Shown: piece after piece, positions 38,430 to 47,742 of the stretch
How the letters are laid out: the number at the start of each line of letters is the position of its first letter
How positions within the stretch are numbered: position 1 is the first letter of the stretch
Source: an uncultured Clostridia bacterium
Lineage (GTDB): Bacteria > Bacillota > Clostridia > TANB77 > CAG-508
DNA length: 64,000 nucleotides
Assembly: GCA_934120135.1 (NCBI GenBank)
Contig: CAKOTK010000004.1
Coordinates: forward strand, 57,862-121,861
Direction: 5' to 3'
Position numbers and translations under genes: made by a program
The notes under the pieces: model-generated
Seen by the model: only the letters and a program-made list of their open reading frames with translations
Databases searched by the model: none
What the model was told of the DNA's origin: nothing

Positions 38430-39515
38430 TTATTCAAAACTAATTTTGCTATCTATTGGGCAGATTTGAATAAAAGTCTTTCCGTCGTTTACTTTTATTT
38501 CGTTTCCTTCTAGGTCTTTATATACTGTTTGGCTACTTCTTGAAGTTTTGTAGCATTTAATTGGTATATATTTTCCATTTGTAATGTAATAGCCATCTAA
38601 AGTTTTTACATTATCTAATGTTTGTCTTCCTTTTCCACTTCCATCATCTAAAGTAGTATTTTTACATTTTGTTATAATAATATTTTTAGTTTTTACTGTA
38701 TTTTTTGTATTCCAGTCTGTTTGTTTTTTATCTCTTGAATATCTGACATATTCTTTGCTCTCTTCGTCATATTCATATCTTACTGTATTGTAATATGAAT
38801 ATGGAATTGTTACTGTATTTGCTAGATTCGTAATCTTTCCTTCTGTTTCACCTTCTACTGGTTCTTCTCTTTCATCTGGTAAATTTACTTCGTCAACTAC
38901 ATAGTTAAGTACTGTTTTTTTGCTAGTTGTAGTTCTAAATTCTTTGTTTTCAATAAGTTTTGTTAGCTTAGCTGTTGAAGTTACAGCATTATGTGGAGCA
39001 TATCTACTGCTGTCTCTCCAAAAGTCTGTTGCGCTTTCATATATTCCATTTATATCATCTACTTTTAATTTTGTAATGTCTGATTTTGCTTGTGGACTTT
39101 GTCCATAATGAACACAAATAGCATCATTTTCTAGTACATAATCTAGGTAGTAATGTCTAGCACTTCTTAATGGTCCAATTTTGCTTATATCTTTATTTTT
39201 AATTACTGCCATTAATCTGGTTTCTCCACCTTCAACAATCATTTCATATACTAGGTCTGCTTGTTCCAAACCTGCTTGTGGCATTGCATTTATATTATTA
39301 TCTATCATAAATGCAAGTGGTCTTTCTGTTCCTGCAAAAGTTTTTGGTTTTAATTCTTCCTTTGGAGCTTCTGTTTTTGTTGTATTTTCTGTACTTCCAA
39401 CTTCTTGGCTATTTTTAAATTTTTCAATTCCTAGCCATACACTTACTGCTAATATCGCTAATAACAATAATACGATTATTGGTTTTGCACTTTTTTTAGA
39501 TTTTTTTCTTGCCAT
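38430..39515 (-). CDS. DUF3048-family (YerB-like) lipoprotein/secreted protein
   Basis: YEMIVEGGETRLMAV motif. Likely start MARKKSKKSAK followed by a transmembrane/signal segment. Confidence 0.7.
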   Translation of the reverse strand: MARKKSKKSAKPIIVLLLLAILAVSVWLGIEKFKNSQEVGSTENTTKTEAPKEELKPKTFAGTERPLAFMIDNNINAMPQAGLEQADLVYEMIVEGGETRLMAVIKNKDISKIGPLRSARHYYLDYVLENDAICVHYGQSPQAKSDITKLKVDDINGIYESATDFWRDSSRYAPHNAVTSTAKLTKLIENKEFRTTTSKKTVLNYVVDEVNLPDEREEPVEGETEGKITNLANTVTIPYSYYNTVRYEYDEESKEYVRYSRDKKQTDWNTKNTVKTKNIIITKCKNTTLDDGSGKGRQTLDNVKTLDGYYITNGKYIPIKCYKTSRSSQTVYKDLEGNEIKVNDGKTFIQICPIDSKISFE

Positions 39516-39532
39516 TTGAAAACATCTCCTTT

Positions 39533-40270
39533 TTAAACAATTGCCATTGCTATTCCATATAGAACAAGTACTAATACAGTGGCAAAGCATCCACTAAATA
39601 TTACTTCTGATAATTTATGTTCTTTTGCAGCAATTCTACTCTCGGCTAGTAAAATAGCAGTTACTAATGATAACATTAAAATTACTATGTTATCTGTCAA
39701 TAGCCAAATCAAAGTATTTGCAGCAAATCCAATAGCTGCATGCCCACTTGGAACAAATTTTGAATTTAATCCTTTATGTTTATTAGATTTTGCATAAGCA
39801 ACTAAAGCTAATGCTGCAATCATTACAATTACCATAATTGAAAAAGATAAATGTACTGGATTGCTTGTTACATTTTTTAAAAATGCTAAACCTATATCTG
39901 CAATTTTATCAAAGAATAAGAAGTATGCTACTATTATTGCATTTATGGTTGTTATTACTACTCCTCCTGCTGCAACGTCTTTAGCTATTTTTGCTTTTGG
40001 ATGATATACATCAACATATAAGTCTACAACTGTTTCAATTGCTGTATTTACCATTTCTGCAAATATTATAAGCACTATGGTAAATAAAAAACATAAAAAT
40101 TCTGCACGGTTTAAATTAAAGAATAAGCTAACAATTACTACAATTACTGCAATTATTAATTGTTTTTGTATATTGCCTTGTGTGGTTGTTGCATATATTA
40201 TTCCATTAAATGCATTTTTCCAAGCATCTATAAAATTATGATTTTTTAGTTCCTTGTTTTCTTTTTTCAT
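39533..40270 (-). CDS. dgkA: diacylglycerol/undecaprenol kinase DgkA fused to a PAP2 phosphatase domain
   Basis: N-terminal half carries DgkA motifs (EMVNTAIE, HPKAKIAKD). C-terminal half carries PAP2 PSGH and SRIAAKEH motifs. Confidence 0.7.
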   Translation of the reverse strand: MKKENKELKNHNFIDAWKNAFNGIIYATTTQGNIQKQLIIAVIVVIVSLFFNLNRAEFLCFLFTIVLIIFAEMVNTAIETVVDLYVDVYHPKAKIAKDVAAGGVVITTINAIIVAYFLFFDKIADIGLAFLKNVTSNPVHLSFSIMVIVMIAALALVAYAKSNKHKGLNSKFVPSGHAAIGFAANTLIWLLTDNIVILMLSLVTAILLAESRIAAKEHKLSEVIFSGCFATVLVLVLYGIAMAIV

Positions 40271-40767
40271 TATTCTCCCCTTGTTATATTTAATTGAGAA
40301 AGAACATTCTCCTCTTTTTCCCTCATTTGAGCTTTTTCCTCTTCCTCCATATGGTCATAGCCTCTTAAGTGATAAAATCCATGAACAAGCATATATGCAA
40401 ATTCTCTTTCAAAACTATGTCCATATTCTTTTGCTTGTTCTTCTACTCTTTCAATAGAAATTATGATATCACCCATTATATCTTGTAATGTTTCTACTTG
40501 AGTGTCAGCTGTTTGGTCAACAAGTTTGTCCAACTCATCTTTTTCAAACATAGGAAAAGAAAGTACATCTGTCTCTTTATCTATGTTTCTATATTCTTTA
40601 TTTATTTCACGTATGTTTTTAGGATTTGTTAATGTAACACAAATATATAAAGAGGTAGGATTTATATGCTCTACCTCAAAACATTTTTGTATTACTTTTT
40701 CAATTATAGCTTCTAGCTTTTCATTTTGTTTAATATCTTTCCAAACAATTTCTGTTACTGAATTCAT
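40270..40767 (-). CDS. ybeY: rRNA maturation endoribonuclease YbeY
   Basis: HGFYHLRGYDH zinc-binding motif. Confidence 0.9.
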   Translation of the reverse strand: MNSVTEIVWKDIKQNEKLEAIIEKVIQKCFEVEHINPTSLYICVTLTNPKNIREINKEYRNIDKETDVLSFPMFEKDELDKLVDQTADTQVETLQDIMGDIIISIERVEEQAKEYGHSFEREFAYMLVHGFYHLRGYDHMEEEEKAQMREKEENVLSQLNITRGE

Positions 40768-40789
40768 TATATTTTCCTTCTATTTAAAA

Positions 40790-42052
40790 TTATGCATTAA
40801 CAACCTTTTTAGGTCTACCTCTTCTTTTGACTTTTTTAGGCCCTTTAGTATATGTACCCTCTGAGCTAAATGCATTTTTCAAGTTTTTCATAGCATCTAA
40901 TTCTACTAATTTTGCACAGTAAAATTGAATGATTTTGTAATATCTATTTGGCTCTTTTCTTAATTTTTTCAAATCGTTTCTTAAGAATAAAACTTGCTTA
41001 TCTTTAGAATAATCAATATAATTTTTCTCTTTTCCTTTTTGAATTGATTGATATTGTTTGTAAAAATCTTTATATTCTTCTCTTTCAGCTGGTTTTTCCC
41101 AGTATACTTTAGTAGATTGTAATTTTACATTATATTCTTCTATTAAAGTAATAAGTAAAGAATATGCTTTTTCTTGTTTTCTAACTACTTTTGTATCTAC
41201 TATTAAACTTCTAACATCATTTAATAATTTTTCATAACATTGTTCTGCAACTATAAGTGGTAAACTATGTGTAAATAGTTTTCTACTTAAACTTAGTAAT
41301 ATCATATTTTTTTCAATAGTATCATTTTGATCTAATTTACCAACTGTGAATCTTTCAAAACTTTGATAATCTTCAAGTATTTCCTTATATACTTTGTTTT
41401 CTGGATCCTGTTTCATTTTTAATGGTAAGATATTTTCAATATATCTTTCTAATGTGTCAAATATTTTGTTATATACTTCATCTTTAGCTCCTGGAGTTAA
41501 ATTATCTGCAAGTTTAATTGAATAATGTTTTAATAAACCTTTATATAATGATTCCATTTGAGAAACATATAATGTTTGGTATCTTTGTAATAGCTGTTCT
41601 TTATTAAGACTATCAACAGTTTCATAGTCTAAGTTTAATAAATACATTTGTTTTTTATACTTGTATTCCAAATATTCTGTTTCTTTTAAGTGAACAACTG
41701 AATAATACTCAGATAATGCATTTTTTTCAAAATCACTCGCTACATCATTTTTTACTTTTTTATAAATAGAATCCATAATATATTTATCTATTGATTCTAA
41801 GTATAACGCATAAATGTCTTCAAACTTTTTTTCAATTGCTTCTTGTTTTTCTTGGTTTTGAATATCCTCGCTTGCTTTATATGCTTCATAAGCTTTTAGA
41901 GCATTGTTTCTTTTAATTGAAATTAACATTCCATTGATTCCAATTTTTGTTGGAGTTAGTATTTTAGTAATTGTGTTACTAATTTTTGAAAAAAATGTTT
42001 TTTCTTGGTATATTCTCAAACTTCTTTCTTCCATGGCATCTGTTCCTTTCAA
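40790..42052 (-). CDS. hypothetical 420-aa helical protein with C-terminal AT-hook (KRRGRPKK)
   Basis: ATGA overlap with the yqfD stop; RGRP core flanked by basic residues at the C-terminus. Confidence 0.5.
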   Translation of the reverse strand: MKGTDAMEERSLRIYQEKTFFSKISNTITKILTPTKIGINGMLISIKRNNALKAYEAYKASEDIQNQEKQEAIEKKFEDIYALYLESIDKYIMDSIYKKVKNDVASDFEKNALSEYYSVVHLKETEYLEYKYKKQMYLLNLDYETVDSLNKEQLLQRYQTLYVSQMESLYKGLLKHYSIKLADNLTPGAKDEVYNKIFDTLERYIENILPLKMKQDPENKVYKEILEDYQSFERFTVGKLDQNDTIEKNMILLSLSRKLFTHSLPLIVAEQCYEKLLNDVRSLIVDTKVVRKQEKAYSLLITLIEEYNVKLQSTKVYWEKPAEREEYKDFYKQYQSIQKGKEKNYIDYSKDKQVLFLRNDLKKLRKEPNRYYKIIQFYCAKLVELDAMKNLKNAFSSEGTYTKGPKKVKRRGRPKKVVNA

Positions 42053-43230
42053 AATACTATTTTTTCTTTTGTCCCAATACTTTCAAGTACTTCGTAAATA
42101 ACTTCAAATTCAATATTTGCTCCTATTTGTTCTGCATTTATTTTTTTATTTGTTACTTGTTTTCCTTCTATTTGCTCTTTTAGGCTCTCGTCAGCTTGTG
42201 CTATTCCAAGCTCTTTTGCTTCTTCTATACTATATGTAATTTCTTGTTCTTCATACTCTTGGTATGTCTTTTGGTGTATTTCTATTGGCAAATAAAAATC
42301 TGAAAATAGTTTTAGTTTTTTACTCGTCTCTATTGTATCATAATTTTGAAATTTTGGAACCCCTTTTGGCAAATTTATTTCAAAATTATTTATCTTTACG
42401 GAATATTTATTTTCCTCCTTGCCTGTTTTTATTTTTTTAGTCTGTTTTAAAGGCACACTTACCTTTTGAGAATACCATACTTTTGCCTGAACTTCACCAT
42501 TTGCATGCACATATCGAATTCCTGTGAACTGACCTTCAAGCCACCCTTGTATTAGCACAGTTCCTTTTGTAACTATGTCTCCTTCTTTTACTACGGCTGT
42601 GCCATTTTGAGCATTTATCTTTACTATCATTGCATCTTTTGTTGCAACAATATTACAATACTCCTCTTCTTTGATTATATCGGGTTTCAAATCTGCTTCT
42701 ACTATTTTTACAATTGCATTTGTCCCTTTTATCTCTATTCCCATCCATGCTAAATCACTTCTTTTTAATCGTATTTTATCAATTATATTTTTAGTGTTTA
42801 AATTTGTTTTAGATGTTCCAACTTTAAAATTATCATCTGCTAAATCCTTAATGATTTCTTCTGCTGAAATCTTATTATTTCCTGTCACTTCAATATTCCA
42901 TATAAAGTTTGATAATGCAATAACTGCAATTATTAAAAGTATAAAAAATATAGCGAAGATTTTTCTTTTTTTGTATTTATGTAATATAAATGGTATTCCT
43001 CTTTTCTTTTGTATTTTCACTCTACATTTAGTTTTTTTAGCTATTTCTTTTATTCTTTTAAAATCTCTAATTCCAATATTCACTCTTATAATTGTGGAGT
43101 GTTTTCTTTTCATATTCCACAAAAATATTTTTTTACTATTGCAAATATTTATAAAACGTTCTATAAAATATCCTTCTACTTCGATATTTACATATCCTAA
43201 AATGTAAGCTAATAGTATTTTAAAATACAA
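42049..43230 (-). CDS. yqfD: sporulation protein YqfD
   Basis: Size ~390 aa, N-terminal transmembrane segment, immediately downstream of yqfC. Confidence 0.75.
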   Translation of the reverse strand: MYFKILLAYILGYVNIEVEGYFIERFINICNSKKIFLWNMKRKHSTIIRVNIGIRDFKRIKEIAKKTKCRVKIQKKRGIPFILHKYKKRKIFAIFFILLIIAVIALSNFIWNIEVTGNNKISAEEIIKDLADDNFKVGTSKTNLNTKNIIDKIRLKRSDLAWMGIEIKGTNAIVKIVEADLKPDIIKEEEYCNIVATKDAMIVKINAQNGTAVVKEGDIVTKGTVLIQGWLEGQFTGIRYVHANGEVQAKVWYSQKVSVPLKQTKKIKTGKEENKYSVKINNFEINLPKGVPKFQNYDTIETSKKLKLFSDFYLPIEIHQKTYQEYEEQEITYSIEEAKELGIAQADESLKEQIEGKQVTNKKINAEQIGANIEFEVIYEVLESIGTKEKIVF

Positions 43231-43241
43231 ACTTTTCCCTC

Positions 43242-43544
43242 CTATTCTTCATCTGTAATTGTTTCAAAATCAATGCTTTCTATTTTTCCAGTAACTAATA
43301 AATCGTCTGTTGTCATTTCTTCTAAGTATAAGTCATATCCATTTATGTTTAGAATTCCAATATGTGTACTAATTCTAATATAAAAATCTTGATATTCTAA
43401 TATTCCTTTATAGTTTTCAATTAACATTTGTTTAAAACCTATTACTGTTATTTTCGGTAAGTTGGTTGATATTTCTTGAGGAATTTCTAATAAACGATTT
43501 ATTCTACTTTGTATACTTTTATTTTTCTTAGATGCTTTTCGCAA
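43242..43544 (-). CDS. yqfC: sporulation protein YqfC (YabP/YqfC family)
   Basis: ITVIGFKQMLIENYKGILEYQD matches the YabP/YqfC core. Probable TTG start with SD GGAGA. Confidence 0.75.
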   Translation of the reverse strand: MRKASKKNKSIQSRINRLLEIPQEISTNLPKITVIGFKQMLIENYKGILEYQDFYIRISTHIGILNINGYDLYLEEMTTDDLLVTGKIESIDFETITDEE

Positions 43545-43574
43545 ACTCTCATCTCCCTTATGCTATTTCTATAT

Positions 43575-43601
43575 AGTTGTCAAAGAATTAAATTTTGGCA
43601 A
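43575..43601. promoter_or_regulatory. 27-nt motif AGTTGTCAAAGAATTAAATTTTGGCAA (copy 2), 31 nt upstream of the yqfC start
   Basis: 25/27 identical to 20625-20651. Confidence 0.4.
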
Positions 43602-43605
43602 CTGA

Positions 43606-44410
43606 TTATCTCTGAAAATCGTCTAAAGTTTTAAACTCATACCCCATCTTTTTAATTTCCTTAATACAATAATCTAAAATATTGCTATTGTCTTTTGAAG
43701 TTGCATGTAGTAATATAACTGCTCCGAGGATGTATGTTATTTAAAACCATCTTTTTGCCATAATCTTCTCTACCTTGTTTATTTTCGTCCCAATCATCAT
43801 AAGCAAAACTCCACATAACTGTTTTATAGCCTAATGTATTAGTATATGCTACAGTTCTTTCACTATATTCTCCTTTTGGTGGACGAATGTATTTCATTTC
43901 ATAATTAAATTTTTGATAAACTGCTGTATGCAAATCCATTACTTCTTTTTGTATTTGTTCATTTGTTAAATCTGGCATACTTTTATGATTTACTGTATGA
44001 TTTCCAACAGTATGACCCTCATCTATCATTTGCTTTACTAAGTCTGATGCAGTATTCAAATAATGAGCCGTTATAAAGAATGTAGCAGGAACTTGATTTT
44101 CCTTTAATATTGCTAGTATTTTAGGTGTATAACCTGCTTCATATCCATTGTCAAAAGTAAGATAAACATATTTTGAATTTTTATTTCCCATAGCAATTCC
44201 TTCATATGTATCTATTATTTTTTTATTTACACTTCCTAAATCTGGTTGTTCATTATTTTTAGATCTTTTTATTCCCCAACCAATTCTTTTTTCGCTAACT
44301 GAACTTGCACTTGTTTCTGTCGTATTGTTTGTATTAATTACGGAAATTGAAAAAATAAATACTAATAAAATTGATGATATAACTATAAGAAAATTTGACT
44401 TTTTTTTCAT
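43606..44410 (-). pseudogene. polysaccharide deacetylase (NodB homology) with a frameshift near the C-terminus
   Basis: LTFDNGYE and GNHTVNH NodB motifs. After HP the frame switches; the canonical tail GAVILLHATSKDN...GYEFKTLDDFQR is in the +1 frame (shift ~43724-43729). Start at M33 of the track ORF (SD AGAGGGA). Confidence 0.65.
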
Positions 44411-44623
44411 CCTATCCCTCTTTCCTTTTAATAACAATGCTTTCATTTTTTTCGACATTTTATAAGTTTTTGCAAAATTATTCTTGACAATATTGTTTAT
44501 TTGCATTATATTTATATAGGCAATTGGAAAAAAATGGGTAATTTTATTTTGTTTTGTCGAATTACCATTGCACGTTTTTGTTGTGTTAATTTATATTTAT
44601 TATATTATACGGGGGAAAAATAT

Positions 44624-45370
44624 ATGTTAGATTTTGTATTATGTGATGATAATTTTAACGCTTTAACAAGATTAGAAAAGATGCTAGAATCTTTATTTAT
44701 TGAGTGTAAAATTAACGCGCGTATTGCATTAAGTACAACAAATCCTGAGGAGTTAACTGAGTTTGTAAAAGTTAACAAGGTTAATGTTGTATTTTTAGAT
44801 ATTGATTTAAAATCTAACATTACTGGGCTAGATTTAGCTGATATTATCCGTAAAAAGGATAAAAACATTTATATTATCTTTACAACTGGTCATTTAGAAT
44901 ATGGTTTAATGGCATATAAGTATAAAACTTTTGATTATATACCCAAACCAATAACTGTAGAGAGATTAAAAGATACTATAAGTAGGTTGGTCGAAGATTT
45001 TTCGGGTTCTGAACCCAAGTTTGTAAGACTTGATAATAATAGGACTATTATCAAGCAAGATAAGATTTTGTATATTCAAAAAGAGGGGATGAAAACTATC
45101 TTTTATACTGATACAAGAGAATATGAGACTTATAGTTCTTTTAAAGTTATAATGTTACAATTGCCAGACACTTTTATACAATGCCATAAATCATATATCG
45201 TTAATACTAAAAAAATAACTAGTGTAGACTTTTCTAACAATGTTATTTTTCTAAATGATAATGAGGACTATAAATGCTTTATAGGTCCTAAATATAAAAA
45301 TAAAATTATGGAGGTTTTTAATTATGAAAATTTTTCAAACAATTTGGACAGCAATGACGACACAGAATGA
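44624..45370 (+). CDS. LytTR-family response regulator (AgrA-like)
   Basis: Receiver domain (LDFVLCDDN...D) plus LytTR DNA-binding domain. Start at M42 of the track ORF, SD GGGGGAAAAA. Confidence 0.8.
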   Translation: MLDFVLCDDNFNALTRLEKMLESLFIECKINARIALSTTNPEELTEFVKVNKVNVVFLDIDLKSNITGLDLADIIRKKDKNIYIIFTTGHLEYGLMAYKYKTFDYIPKPITVERLKDTISRLVEDFSGSEPKFVRLDNNRTIIKQDKILYIQKEGMKTIFYTDTREYETYSSFKVIMLQLPDTFIQCHKSYIVNTKKITSVDFSNNVIFLNDNEDYKCFIGPKYKNKIMEVFNYENFSNNLDSNDDTE

Positions 45371-46679
45371 AATCGCTTTAAGTATTGTAGGATTTTTATC
45401 TTGTTTTATTGATACTTTCGTGAATATGTTATTATTTACCACTATCTTAAATATAAACGCTACAAAGAAATCAAAAATTATTTATGTCATAGTTATGGGA
45501 ATAATAGCAATTCTATCTAGAAGTCTTATTCCTGATCCCTATGGTACATTTTTTAATATGCTTATTATTATATTTATAATTAAATTCATATTGAAGACAA
45601 GTTGGTTAAAATCTTTTTTATCTGAATTTATCGTAATAAGCACAAGTTCTTTAATGGAAATATTCTTTTTTAATTTTTATACAGAAATATGTAAAATACC
45701 ATATGATTTATTAATGTATACTCCTATATATAGATTATTATCTACTCTTTTAATATATTTGTTCATCTACATTATATACAAAATTATAAAATATTTTAAA
45801 TTTTATATAAAATTGGAAAACATGACCAAAAAGAATAAATACTTATTTATAACTAATGCTATATTAGGAATTATTGCAATGAGTACACAGTTCTATCTAC
45901 TTTCTGTTTATAGTGGTAATATGCCAATTATTATAACAATTACTAGTATACTAAGTCTATTAGCATATTTCGTTATTAGTATATATAGCTTATTAAGTAC
46001 AGGTAAACTAGATACTACCACTAGAGATTTAGAAGAAGCACAATTGTATAACAAAACATTAACAATTTTACATGACAGCATCAGAGGCTTTAAACATGAT
46101 TTTCATAATATTGTTCAAAGTATTGGTGGTTATGCAGATAGAGGTGACTTAGAAGGATTACGTGTTTATTACAGACAACTTCTACAAGATTGTGGACGTA
46201 CTAATAATTTAACTGCCCTAAATCCAGAAGTTATTAATAATCCTGCTATATACAATGTCCTAGCCACTAAATATCATAAAGCTGATGAAATTGGTGTTCA
46301 AATAAATTTAGGTATTTTTATAGATTTAAATGAAATTGAAAAATATATGAAAATTTATGAATTTACCAGAATATTAGGTATACTTTTAGATAATGCTATT
46401 GAAGCTGCTTCTGAATGTGAAAATAAAGTAATTCATGTAAGTTTTAGAAAAGAACAAAATCGTAGAAGATTACTTGTAATAATTGATAATACATATAAAA
46501 ATAAAGATATAAATGTAGATAAAATTTATGAAAAGGATTTTTCAACTAAATCTAAAAATACTAATAGCGGACTTGGTTTGTGGGAAGTCAGACAAATATT
46601 AAAGAAAAATAATAATTTGAATTTATATACTACTAAAAGTGAAGAGTTCTTTTCACAACAATTTGAAATATATTATTAA
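45324..46679 (+). CDS. AgrC/ComD-like HPK10 sensor histidine kinase
   Basis: Six to seven transmembrane helices; H-box FKHDFHN; N-box NAIEAAS; G-box GLGLWEV. Confidence 0.8.
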   Translation: MKIFQTIWTAMTTQNEIALSIVGFLSCFIDTFVNMLLFTTILNINATKKSKIIYVIVMGIIAILSRSLIPDPYGTFFNMLIIIFIIKFILKTSWLKSFLSEFIVISTSSLMEIFFFNFYTEICKIPYDLLMYTPIYRLLSTLLIYLFIYIIYKIIKYFKFYIKLENMTKKNKYLFITNAILGIIAMSTQFYLLSVYSGNMPIIITITSILSLLAYFVISIYSLLSTGKLDTTTRDLEEAQLYNKTLTILHDSIRGFKHDFHNIVQSIGGYADRGDLEGLRVYYRQLLQDCGRTNNLTALNPEVINNPAIYNVLATKYHKADEIGVQINLGIFIDLNEIEKYMKIYEFTRILGILLDNAIEAASECENKVIHVSFRKEQNRRRLLVIIDNTYKNKDINVDKIYEKDFSTKSKNTNSGLGLWEVRQILKKNNNLNLYTTKSEEFFSQQFEIYY

Positions 46680-46685
46680 AAAAGT

Positions 46686-46740
46686 AAATACAAAGAGGTA
46701 TCTTGATTTAAGATACCTCTTTGTATTTGTTTTGTCGTTT
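46686..46740. terminator. bidirectional terminator between the convergent kinase and agrBD units
   Basis: 19-bp stem AAATACAAAGAGGTATCTT / AAGATACCTCTTTGTATTT with T-tracts on both sides. Confidence 0.8.
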
Positions 46741-46772
46741 TAAGGAAATATTTATATTTATTTATATTATAA

Positions 46773-46892
46773 TTAATCTTTTTTGATTAATGATGCTGGC
46801 ATTGTTGGTTGATGTAATAATCCTAATACCCAACATGCTGTATTTGTAGATCTTGCGTATTTTTCTGCAACTTTAGCTAATAGTTTTAACAT
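46773..46892 (-). CDS. agrD: unannotated AgrD-like autoinducing-peptide precursor (39 aa) MLKLLAKVAEKYARSTNTACWVLGLLHQPTMPASLIKKD
   Basis: SD AGGAGG 7 nt upstream. Single Cys then HQP and a charged tail, as in clostridial AgrD. Immediately downstream of agrB. Confidence 0.7.
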   Translation of the reverse strand: MLKLLAKVAEKYARSTNTACWVLGLLHQPTMPASLIKKD

Positions 46893-46955
46893 TTTTATTC
46901 CTCCTTATATTATTATTTTTATATCATAAACATTGCCGGCCAATGTATTATAATC

Positions 46956-47576
46956 TTAAATTGTTTCCTCTGTATATACTTTGTAGCCATGTTTGTTATT
47001 TGTTATTTTATATGAAATAGGTAATACTGTTAGGTTTTGCAAAAACATTGCATAAATTATCATGTATGAAAATTGTTTGTATGGGTTAAATATTATTATT
47101 GATAATAAAACTACTAATGATATATATGACTTAATTTTTTTAGATTTTATTTCTTTTTTGCTCAAAATAGGCATATTTTCTGTGTCTGCAGGTGCATATT
47201 TAGCAATTATAATAATACTAAATATTGTTATCAACCCTGCTAATATATAAAGAATATTTTTATCTGATATTAAAATATATTTTGATAATATAATTGGTAA
47301 TAAATATAAAACAGATGTTGTAATCATACAACCTAAATGTGTTTTTAAATGAAAACCACCTGTAAAACTTCTATAAGGTGCTATTAAGAAAAATAATAAT
47401 AAAGTTTGCCATCCCATATTTAATAAAAATCCTATAATGAATAATATTAAAATTTTAGGTAATTCTCCAAAAATTAATCTTACACCAAAGTTAATAATTA
47501 ATTCTCTTTCCTCATCTATGTCTGTAACCTTTGATTTAATTTTTTCAGTTATCAAATCACAAAATTTATCAATCAT
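46956..47576 (-). CDS. agrB: accessory gene regulator B (AgrD-processing membrane peptidase)
   Basis: Polytopic membrane protein with RSFTGGFHLKTHLGC (conserved His/Cys pair). Confidence 0.8.
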   Translation of the reverse strand: MIDKFCDLITEKIKSKVTDIDEERELIINFGVRLIFGELPKILILFIIGFLLNMGWQTLLLFFLIAPYRSFTGGFHLKTHLGCMITTSVLYLLPIILSKYILISDKNILYILAGLITIFSIIIIAKYAPADTENMPILSKKEIKSKKIKSYISLVVLLSIIIFNPYKQFSYMIIYAMFLQNLTVLPISYKITNNKHGYKVYTEETI

Positions 47577-47742
47577 TTTCTTACCTCGTTCTTTGTTATC
47601 TGTATTTTATATTTTTTAAACGCAAAAATAAAAAAACTTTATAAAGATATAAAAATTGTGTGCGAAATTTGTCGTTTTTTGTTTTAGTCACAATTTTTGT
47701 ATTTTCATAAAGTTTAGTTTAATTTTACAAATATATAATGTT

